Assembly: GCA_964641255.1 (NCBI GenBank)
Contig: CAZXMM010000001.1
Location: forward strand, 745,890 to 809,889
Direction: 5' to 3'
DNA: 64,000 nucleotides
Source: an uncultured Gammaproteobacteria bacterium
GTDB taxonomy: Bacteria > Patescibacteriota > Microgenomatia > JAMCZE01
Part shown: one piece after another, positions 49,173 to 57,062 of the stretch
Numbering within the stretch: position 1 is the stretch's first letter
Layout of the letters: every line of letters begins with the position of its first letter
The notes under the pieces: model-generated
Database searches by the model: none
What the model was told of the DNA's origin: nothing
The model's input: the letters and a program-made list of their open reading frames with translations, nothing else
Program-made: the position numbers and the translations under genes

Positions 49173-49430
49173 AATCTAACATCGCCGAAGCCATTAATAG
49201 CCCTTGCTGTCGAGTGCACCAGTGGTAGTGAAGCCACCCAAATACTTAGAGAGTGCTTTGAAATATGTGGGAGGTGTCTTTTAGCTCAACAGGGATTAGC
49301 TTACTATGATATAGATCTTGCTGAGAACGATAACTCAGTCGTAATTATCAATTGCACCCACGTTCTCACGACCGACTGTAGTTACAAATAGATTTTGACA
49401 ATCTTCCAACAACAAGGTACATTTAAACTT

Positions 49431-50273
49431 ATGAATAATAAGTACGCTCAAGATGCTATTTCTGCATTAATCTTTATTATTGTTCTTCTACTGGGGCTTT
49501 TTGTTTATGGCAAGTTTGGACCGGGATTACCTCTGTCAGTTAATCAGATTACTACTAACAAAAACGATTTGTTTACTGTCACTGGGGAGGGGAGAGTCAC
49601 TGTTAAGCCGGATGTTGCCGAGGTTAACTTTGGAGTTAACACTACAGGGGCCACGGTAGCCTTAGTCCAAAGCCAGTCGAATACGGCCATCAATCGAGTG
49701 GTTGAAGCAGTCAAAAAACTAGGAATTGAGGCGGCAGATATCAAGACCACCAACTATAATATCTATCCCCAGTACGCTAATGAGGGCATTCCTACCCCGA
49801 TGCTGCTGCCCACAGCTGAACCGACAGTGGCTGCGGAGGAAAAAATGGCTATAGCTCCGATGCCTCCCAAGCCAGGAACACCGCGCATTACCAGCTACAG
49901 TATGAATATTAGTGTGATTGTTAAGGTTAGGGACCTAAACAAAGTCAACCAGGTGGTCGATACAGCCACAGCTAACGGCGCCAATCAGGTAGGAGGTATC
50001 AACTTTACTGTCGATAAACCCGAAATCTATCAAGCTGAAGCGCGGAAAAAAGCTGTCGAAAATGCTAAAGCGAAAGCCAATGATTTGGCTAGTGTCGCCG
50101 GTATCCAACTAGGTAAGGTAGTCGGAATTTACGAAAATCCCGGCTTCTATGGTCGGAACTACCCACTGGCGATGAAAGCAGAGGGGATGGGTGGGGACAT
50201 GGGTGGTACTCAAATCGAGCCGGGGTCCTCAGAAATCACTACCCAAGTGACCTTGAATTACGAGACAAGATGA
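49431..50273 (+). CDS. SIMPL (DUF541) domain protein
   Basis: VTGEG.V.VKPDVA, DIKT, GANQV.GI.F, EAR..AV.NA..KA; TTGACA(49395)-17-TACATT promoter; track start 49395. Confidence 0.9.
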   Translation: MNNKYAQDAISALIFIIVLLLGLFVYGKFGPGLPLSVNQITTNKNDLFTVTGEGRVTVKPDVAEVNFGVNTTGATVALVQSQSNTAINRVVEAVKKLGIEAADIKTTNYNIYPQYANEGIPTPMLLPTAEPTVAAEEKMAIAPMPPKPGTPRITSYSMNISVIVKVRDLNKVNQVVDTATANGANQVGGINFTVDKPEIYQAEARKKAVENAKAKANDLASVAGIQLGKVVGIYENPGFYGRNYPLAMKAEGMGGDMGGTQIEPGSSEITTQVTLNYETR

Positions 50274-50478
50274 GTGGCAAAACTAAAAAGAAGGCAGACT
50301 ACCAGCGAAAAGGGAGCAGACAGAGACGAAGCCCAATAAAAGAAAAGGCTTGTCAAAACGGTTAAGTGCGAGGGATTTTGTAAATAGGGTTTGGCGTGGA
50401 TGGCGTCTAGGCCAGAGGGGAAGCCAAGAACATACCATAGGGCCAAAGAGCGAATCTAACTAGGGAGGAGGGTGATGG

Positions 50479-51441
50479 CTAGGAAAGAGCACTGGAGCGG
50501 TCTAAAGAGTCGCTACGGGCAATTTGTAGTTGCTCTTGTTGTAAATCTTTAACTCTTTCATAAGCAGCTGGAGCGAATTGAGCAGATAAACCAATAATCT
50601 CTTCTAAGTCCCCTTCACGCACGTTAGCATCCCGAAGATTTGTTTTCAGTTGAAGTTCTTCTCCACTTTCTCTACAGAGGGCAGAAAATAGGTTAGCACA
50701 CCCCAGTCTCTCATCGACAACACAATCGGCTACATCGTCAATGTACTGTAGGGCTATAGCCATGGCTACAAACCTATTACGCGCATCTATGTATCCTGAT
50801 CGATCCATAAAAGATGCATACCTAAAATCGAATATCCCTTGAGAGGCAGCTTGATTTGTTATCGTCCGGTGCCTAATCATCTCGGCTGACCCGACGGAGC
50901 TCCACCGGCTCTCCACCTCAAACATCACGGAAAAAGCTTCTCTTTGTGTATAGTCAATATCGGCCAGCAATAAACTTTGCTCGCTCGGTCTATAAAGGCT
51001 AGAGGCAGCTAGCTTTCTTGTAATAGCAAATAGCTCACCGGTGGTAAATTTTATTTTCGAGTCTTCACAGGGAATGCTCAAAAGTTTTCTTATAAAGTGG
51101 TTTGGATTTCTTGCCCCCAATGATTGCCTGAATTCAGGTCTGTGAGTATCAAAATAGTGATCAGTTAACCCTATTACCCTACGCCAGACCGTGTTTGCCA
51201 CCATCAAAGATTGTCTATCGGCCTCGAGTGTGTGTCTGTCAACTAATACTCCAGTTACGGCCTCTATAAGCAACCTATCAATTAAAAGATTGCCAGCGTC
51301 AATTTGTGATGACTCCTGATCTACTATTTGTCGCTCCCTTCGAGACAGTCCGGCATATAGTGATCCGCCCTCTACAACACTCTGTTCTTTAGCTTTGCAG
51401 AAAGACATTGTTAACAATATCTTACCAAAACCCACAAACAA
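50479..51441 (-). CDS. Hypothetical protein with class-1 isoprenoid synthase-like Asp-rich motifs
   Basis: LTDHYFD and LQYIDDVAD...D...G..N; start probably ATG 51408. Confidence 0.5.
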   Translation of the reverse strand: MFVGFGKILLTMSFCKAKEQSVVEGGSLYAGLSRRERQIVDQESSQIDAGNLLIDRLLIEAVTGVLVDRHTLEADRQSLMVANTVWRRVIGLTDHYFDTHRPEFRQSLGARNPNHFIRKLLSIPCEDSKIKFTTGELFAITRKLAASSLYRPSEQSLLLADIDYTQREAFSVMFEVESRWSSVGSAEMIRHRTITNQAASQGIFDFRYASFMDRSGYIDARNRFVAMAIALQYIDDVADCVVDERLGCANLFSALCRESGEELQLKTNLRDANVREGDLEEIIGLSAQFAPAAYERVKDLQQEQLQIARSDSLDRSSALS

Positions 51442-51497
51442 TTACCCTTAGTTTACTAATCTACTGGCCCATAGTATAATAGGGGAGTGAAAGTCAT

Positions 51498-51860
51498 ATG
51501 CTTCAAGATTTAGAGGCTAATTATCTTCGTCTTCCCGATGAATTTACAAAATGTAGACTACGGGTATTTAATATTCGAACCAGAAGATTCTTGATACCTA
51601 TTAGCCAGGGAGATAGCCTAGTTACAGCAGTGCAAATAGCTGTCATTGGTGACTCTTCGCAGCACCCGAAACTTGCAAATTATTTTGAGATGAGCGCCGC
51701 TAAAAAGATAGAGGAAGATATGGATGGTTTCACCACGGCCGCCCAAATTGACACCACACCACAACTCCTGTCTATTCAGCAACGCTTTTGCTCTGATCAC
51801 TGCCAAGAAACCTGTGCGCTATTTTCCAGCACGAGACAGCGTCGCACCAGACGCGGATAG
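51498..51860 (+). CDS. Hypothetical protein
   Basis: 120 aa; TATAAT and GGGGAG upstream. Confidence 0.45.
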   Translation: MLQDLEANYLRLPDEFTKCRLRVFNIRTRRFLIPISQGDSLVTAVQIAVIGDSSQHPKLANYFEMSAAKKIEEDMDGFTTAAQIDTTPQLLSIQQRFCSDHCQETCALFSSTRQRRTRRG

Positions 51861-52010
51861 AGAATAGGACAGTGGACTTCACCTTTGGAGCAGGCTTAGC
51901 CCTCGCTGCAGCTGGAGTTGAGGCTTCCCAGGGTAATATTCAAAGGGCGTCAAAGATGGATTGATGCCGCCCGTAAAACTAGAAAGAAATAGCTTACTGC
52001 CTACCTCCCT

Positions 52011-52598
52011 CTAGGCGGTAGTCACATTGAGGAGGGGAGAGGAAACGGTTTTTCCGGTTTGAACACTCCCCTTGTGAGCAAGGTACTCCGCCTGCAGTCT
52101 GCCACTTAATCTTTGGGCCAGCAAATCTTTAATGCTATAGAGTCTTTCTTCCTCGGGCTGGCTTAGATGTTGACCATCAAATAAACTTTTCTTGCGAGTT
52201 TTACTTTGCTCAAGGATTAAAACAGCCTCTTTCCAAAGCAAAAAATCTTTTTGCTTTTTGGCCTGTAAAGGGTACTTTTCAAAATGAGGAATAAGCTTAG
52301 TAATGATATCCATGCGGTCTCTGATATTAAAGTGTACCGCACCGTGTTTAACAATGGCATTAAGCCTTCCTGCTTGAAAAAACTTCTGCACCTTTTCTAG
52401 GATGGGTCTGTCATCTTCACGCATATGAAGGGAAAAATCAACCACCCAGTAACGATACGTAGAAATAGAATGCTTTCGTTTTTTATTCTCAGTGTTCACG
52501 ATCAGACAAAAACACCCTTCGCCGTCAATAAGTCCGGTCACATACCAGGGATCCAAACCAATCTTATTCTTTTGGACCTTTTTCATGGAATTCATCAA
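52011..52598 (-). CDS. Single-motif LAGLIDADG homing endonuclease
   Basis: WYVTGLIDGEGCF, IPHFEKYPL..KK..DF..W; start 52586-52598, overlaps the xer 3' end. Confidence 0.88.
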   Translation of the reverse strand: MMNSMKKVQKNKIGLDPWYVTGLIDGEGCFCLIVNTENKKRKHSISTYRYWVVDFSLHMREDDRPILEKVQKFFQAGRLNAIVKHGAVHFNIRDRMDIITKLIPHFEKYPLQAKKQKDFLLWKEAVLILEQSKTRKKSLFDGQHLSQPEEERLYSIKDLLAQRLSGRLQAEYLAHKGSVQTGKTVSSPLLNVTTA

Positions 52599-53517
52599 AT
52601 ACCTTCTTTAGCTGCGAATTGGTCACGTGAGTATAAATCTGGGTGGTCGCTACGTTTTTATGACCCAGCAACTCTTGGATCGAACGCAGGTCGGCTCCAT
52701 TTCGTAATAAATCAGTAGCTAGCGAATGTCGTAAAGTGTGTGGCGTAGCGTCGACAGGAATGCCGGCTCTTGCAATATATTTTTTAACCATCCTTTGAAT
52801 TGATCTAGGTGTCAAACGCATTCTCTCACCGTCATTATCAGATTCTCCAGCTTTTCCAGCTCTTCCGGCACGAGTATGAATAAAAAGTGGCTTCCAGGAA
52901 TCCTGACGCGTTGTAAGGTACCTAGCAAGGCATTCGGTGGCTCGAGTGGAGATAAATACCACCCTGGCCCGGCCACCTTTGCCAATAACGCTAAATTCTC
53001 TGGTTTCTAAATTTACTTGCCCCCGATTAAGTTTGGTCATTTCTGCTACTCGCAGGCCCGTACTGAATAATAATTCCAGAATGGACCGATCTCTTAACCC
53101 TTGCTCTGTACTAGTATCGGGTTTGGCAAAAAGTTGCTCTAAGTGATCGCGAGTTAAAAATTTCAAACTGCGGTCGCGATTTTTACCCAGTTCAATTTGG
53201 TCTGGCGCCAGCGTCTTATGACCCTTCTTCGTGAGATATCTGACAAATGCCCGAATGGCAATTAAAAAATAGCCTTGAGTTGATTTCGCTAACGGCCCCT
53301 TGATAGGATTTACGTAACGGCTTAAATAGAGTCGATAGTCTCTAATGATGTCCTCGGTCAAATCCTCGGGTTTGAGGACCTTACCCTGGCTAAAAAGCCA
53401 GCCACTGAAAGTCTCTAGATAATAACCATACATTTTGACCGTGAGTGGCGCCAGGTTGCGATCAAGCTCACAATATTCGAGGAAATCATTAATGTACTCC
53501 ACGAGTAATTTGTCCAT
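52564..53517 (-). CDS. xerC: Xer-family tyrosine recombinase
   Basis: Catalytic R (TGLRVAE), K (GKG), HTLRH, LGH, TQIYTH; N-terminal SAM-like domain. Confidence 0.9.
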   Translation of the reverse strand: MDKLLVEYINDFLEYCELDRNLAPLTVKMYGYYLETFSGWLFSQGKVLKPEDLTEDIIRDYRLYLSRYVNPIKGPLAKSTQGYFLIAIRAFVRYLTKKGHKTLAPDQIELGKNRDRSLKFLTRDHLEQLFAKPDTSTEQGLRDRSILELLFSTGLRVAEMTKLNRGQVNLETREFSVIGKGGRARVVFISTRATECLARYLTTRQDSWKPLFIHTRAGRAGKAGESDNDGERMRLTPRSIQRMVKKYIARAGIPVDATPHTLRHSLATDLLRNGADLRSIQELLGHKNVATTQIYTHVTNSQLKKVFDEFHEKGPKE

Positions 53518-53681
53518 AGAGTGCCGTTTTTATATTGTTAAATCAATCTATATCACTCTTTTCCAAACGTCGTAATATCCTATAGTAGGGGAGGTGGGTG
53601 CCCAAACAACAGAGTGTACTGAACAATTTTACCCCCGCACCTACGAAATGCATTATAGTCCCAAAATAAGAACAAGCCAAC

Positions 53682-53704
53682 AGAAGGGTTAAAAACACCC
53701 TTCT
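53682..53704. terminator. Hairpin (possible terminator)
   Basis: AGAAGGGT-TAAAAAC-ACCCTTCT. Confidence 0.4.
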
Positions 53705-53723
53705 TCTCTCAGTTCGTGCTCGA

Positions 53724-53751
53724 ATTACGTATAAGATACAATTTACGACAC
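53724..53751 (-). other. dif-like Xer recombination site
   Basis: Minus strand GTGTCGTAAAT-TGTATC-TTATACGTAAT (11-6-11) vs E. coli dif GGTGCGCATAA-TGTATA-TTATGTTAAAT; ~200 bp upstream of xer. Confidence 0.55.
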
Positions 53752-53760
53752 TAACACTTG

Positions 53761-54393
53761 AGCTTCCCTAGGGCTAACGGACCACTAAACTGGCACTTTG
53801 GTCAGACTGCAATAATGGGTCCAAGTTTCTCTCGAGAGAGAACCGTCTTTGACTCTTTTCGCCAGTGGCCGTACTATTTGCAAGCAAAAGACTGATTGGT
53901 GGTACGAATTATTTCCCGAATCACTTCCTTTACAGGGACTAATGGGTTTTTTGCCACGGATGAAGGCACACTTCTACTCTACTTTAGCGCCTGGATATAT
54001 TCTAAACCTTAAAGTTTGTGCGTAATTATTAGGGTTTAAAGTATCTTTGACAGGACCATTTTTGGAGCATAGTAGTGCGCTATTCCTATCTTTTCGAGCC
54101 TAATAACCCCGCTGATGGCACTACGACTAAGGGTCAGAGAGCATACCTAAAACTAGATGCTATTTAGCCCGTTAATACGCTCTATGTGATAAGTTTTGTG
54201 CGCAGTAAATGGCCACGCCCATCAGAGGAAGTTAGCGGGATTCGGCCTATTGCTACGCTCTACTTTAACACTTTGCGCTCACATTTTTACCTCCCAGGTA
54301 GGAGCGAGCAGAAGGTTTTGGAGCATAATAGTAGTCCAGACAGAGCAAAGCGAAGCTAAATAGGAATGCTGTTCGGGTTTTTTATGCTCTTTT
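53761..54393. ncRNA. Candidate large structured non-coding RNA (unassigned family, strand uncertain)
   Basis: No ORF >=60 aa in 53518-54577; more than 10 nested helices and three duplicated motifs found by eye. Confidence 0.45.
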
Positions 54394-54577
54394 ATACCCT
54401 ATAACTGCAAGTTAGGCACGGATTAATGATATAGTTCGATATCCATGAAAAATACACGCTCAAACCTATGAAAACTCATCCACACGAGGCTATTTCTAAA
54501 CTATAGGGTGTTTTCTACTGCTCTCTTCCCCGCCTCAGTCAAGGAATTTTTTCCAAAAAGGAAGAAAAATTTTTAGA

Positions 54578-55441
54578 TTATCCACTCCAGCTGGTGGTTA
54601 ACAGTGTTAAGACAAATACTACGACGGCTACAATGACAAACTCGTTAGCCACTCGCCTATTAAGTTTCTCTCCCAAATGATATTGCACGATGCCGACTAA
54701 TTCATAAAAGATGGCTGTTAAGAAAAGCGCAAAAACAGAAACGCCGACCGGCCAAAAAGACAAAATGAAGGCCACCTCGGCCACTACCAGTGCAATAATT
54801 AAAGAGAAGTTCCGCACTTCACTCGTGATTTTTTCCTCAAGATTAACACTCCAAACGGCCTGAAAAGTAAGTAACAAAGTGACAGCAAAAACGAAAAGAA
54901 AATTGATATGACTCTCAAGATGAAAAGATGCAATGACAATGTAGAAAAGTAGACCCGTAGCTACACTCACCAGAAAGCCAATTGAGTGGGCCACCCGCAG
55001 TAGCTGAATACTCCGCTCTGCTGCCACATTAAAGATATTGGCTGTAAGTAGGCTCGCGTAATAGCCAACAATAAAGATCACTAGAAAAAACATTTTGACC
55101 AGCGTAGCCAATAAAAAGCTAGAGTCAGTTGAGAGTGATAGCCAAAGAATACTATCTATCCGGCTGGGTAACAGCGGATTAACCAGCGCCGCTCCAATCG
55201 CAAAAAGCGTAGGTAAAATGGGCAGGGTCAACCACTCGATACCGTTAAAATCCTCATCCCTGATCGCCCAGATAGTAGCAATTGTAGCTAAAAGAGCAAA
55301 GAGTGGCACTCGAATACGCCACTGCAAATACTGGCCAAAGGCCAGCCGGATAAGAATTATCCCGACCGCAAGCAGTCCGGTGGCAATGACAAAACGCTGT
55401 CGCTTGGAGAGAATGAGAAATTTAGGAAGAGTCAGTGTCAT
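54578..55441 (-). CDS. Multi-pass membrane protein (DUF5656-like)
   Basis: ~9 TM helices, NIFNVAA.R.IQLLR; track start 55567 overlaps ruvC. Confidence 0.7.
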   Translation of the reverse strand: MTLTLPKFLILSKRQRFVIATGLLAVGIILIRLAFGQYLQWRIRVPLFALLATIATIWAIRDEDFNGIEWLTLPILPTLFAIGAALVNPLLPSRIDSILWLSLSTDSSFLLATLVKMFFLVIFIVGYYASLLTANIFNVAAERSIQLLRVAHSIGFLVSVATGLLFYIVIASFHLESHINFLFVFAVTLLLTFQAVWSVNLEEKITSEVRNFSLIIALVVAEVAFILSFWPVGVSVFALFLTAIFYELVGIVQYHLGEKLNRRVANEFVIVAVVVFVLTLLTTSWSG

Positions 55442-55451
55442 CAGATCAATT

Positions 55452-56003
55452 TTACTGCTTTTTCTTTTTGGCTGCTGTCTTGGAAATAACTGCAGTTGGG
55501 GCGATAGTTTTAAGATAGTGCGCGATGGCAATGGCCAGGCCGTCAGCAGCATCATCGGGCTTAACAATCTGTTTCATTTTTAAATGACTCATCACACTGG
55601 CCTGCATTTGCTTTTTATCTGACCGACCGAAACCAGTGAGGGCAAATTTTACTGACAGACCCTGATACTCAAACAGCGGGATTTTGTGTCTTGCCACCTC
55701 AGAGAGAATGATCCCCCTGGCCTGTCCCACAGCAATCGCAGTTCTAGCGTTGATACCAAAAAAAAGTTGTTCCACCGCTACCACGTCCGGTCGGTGTTCC
55801 CGCAAAATCTTGCCAATTTCTTCTTGCAGATAAAGCAGTCGCTCCCCCATCTGGGTGTCCATCTTGGTTTCCAGACAGCCGGCCCGAACAAAAGTCAAAT
55901 CACTGCCCTTACCATTGGCTGTGGTTTTTTCCTTACTTTTTTTTACTTCTACGAGGCCGAAGCCAAGCCGGGCAGTCCCGGGATCAAGTCCTAAAATTAG
56001 CAT
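55452..56003 (-). CDS. ruvC: Holliday junction resolvase RuvC
   Basis: ILGLDPG, VE.LFF..N, GQARG, G.GR.DK.Q, PDDAADGLAIA. Confidence 0.96.
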   Translation of the reverse strand: MLILGLDPGTARLGFGLVEVKKSKEKTTANGKGSDLTFVRAGCLETKMDTQMGERLLYLQEEIGKILREHRPDVVAVEQLFFGINARTAIAVGQARGIILSEVARHKIPLFEYQGLSVKFALTGFGRSDKKQMQASVMSHLKMKQIVKPDDAADGLAIAIAHYLKTIAPTAVISKTAAKKKKQ

Positions 56004-56006
56004 AAA

Positions 56007-56255
56007 TTAATCATCCCTAGCCCCGATCCTATTTTTACCTCTAGCTATCTCTTCATCACTCAATTCTGCCTTACGTCTTCCCCTGAAAGTTAAACGTCCT
56101 TTACTACTTCTTCTTTCTTGTCGATCTAGAAACTGCGCTTCCCTTTCCCTGGATCTCCTCACACCTTCAGCAAACGCACTACCCAACCCCGGTAGAAATC
56201 CCTCTAATTTTGTAGCTAAATCTGAATTTGTAGGGATATCTTTTCTGGTCGGCAT
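56007..56255 (-). CDS. Small basic hypothetical protein
   Basis: 82 aa filling the yebC-ruvC gap. Confidence 0.5.
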   Translation of the reverse strand: MPTRKDIPTNSDLATKLEGFLPGLGSAFAEGVRRSREREAQFLDRQERRSSKGRLTFRGRRKAELSDEEIARGKNRIGARDD

Positions 56256-56260
56256 AGAAT

Positions 56261-56983
56261 TTAAATATTTATATAAACTTCTTGGACGTTATCTAACTCG
56301 GAAAGTCCGTCCAAAAAACTTTCCACTTCTTCCCGGTAATCGTCTGTCAACGATACCAAGGTTTCCTTATTTGGTCGATAGGTAATTTGGGCATCACTCA
56401 CTACTAACCCCAGGGCTTCCAGTTTGGTTTTTACTTTATGCAGATCCTCGGCCCGGGAGTAAATTAGAAAGCCGTCGGCTGTTTCTTCCACGTCTTCCGC
56501 TTCCGCCTCCAGCGCTTTGCCCAGCATTTGGTCAAAATTCATCGTGGCCTTGTCCACCTCCACCTCTCCTAGTCTAGTAAACAAGTAGGAAACCGATCCG
56601 GGGGAGCCAAGACTTCCTCCCCTTTTGGCAAAGTAGGTCCTAATTTCCCCACTGGTCCTATTATTATTATCAGTAATCGCCTCAATAATTATGGCGGTAC
56701 CAAAGGGACCGAAACCCTCAAAAGTCACACTCTCCAGTCTCACCCCCTCCCCCCTCCCCAGACCCTTATCAATGGCTCTTTGTATATTTTCTTTGGGCAT
56801 GTTGGCTTCTTTGGCCTTTTCCACCGCCAATCGAAGCTTGAAGTTGAAATTAACATCGCCGCTGTTACCTTCTCTTGCCGCTAAGGTGATTACGTTCGAC
56901 AACTTGGTAAAAAGATTCCCCCGTTTGGCGTCAGCCACCCCCTTTTGTCTTTTAATGGTGGACCACTTCGAATGACCGCTCAT
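56261..56983 (-). CDS. yebC: YebC/PmpR family protein
   Basis: MSGHSKWSTIK, NMPKENI.RAI, EG.GP.G, TDN.NRT. Confidence 0.96.
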   Translation of the reverse strand: MSGHSKWSTIKRQKGVADAKRGNLFTKLSNVITLAAREGNSGDVNFNFKLRLAVEKAKEANMPKENIQRAIDKGLGRGEGVRLESVTFEGFGPFGTAIIIEAITDNNNRTSGEIRTYFAKRGGSLGSPGSVSYLFTRLGEVEVDKATMNFDQMLGKALEAEAEDVEETADGFLIYSRAEDLHKVKTKLEALGLVVSDAQITYRPNKETLVSLTDDYREEVESFLDGLSELDNVQEVYINI

Positions 56984-57062
56984 AATGAGGATTGTAGCGC
57001 AGACCGTGACTTGGTACAATCCAAAACGTTACCAATTAGGGGATTTGAGAAGTTAAAAAGAC

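Noticed and set aside
51820-51964. Possible -1 frameshift extension of the 51498 ORF
   Set aside because: The alternate open frame is short, with no recognisable homology or clear slippery site
53518-54577. Group I or group II intron, RNase P RNA, tmRNA or SRP RNA
   Set aside because: No ordered P/Q/R/S elements and no domain V triad; GAGGAAGTTAG (54225) lacks the RNase P P4 partner; no tRNA-like ends; no SRP GGAA loop motif
54180-54590. oriC
   Set aside because: Only scattered imperfect DnaA-box-like 9-mers, and genes converge here rather than diverge
55452-56003. RuvC as part of a Cas12/TnpB-type RNA-guided system with the nearby non-coding region
   Set aside because: It is a standard 183-aa Holliday junction resolvase in the usual yebC-ruvC context
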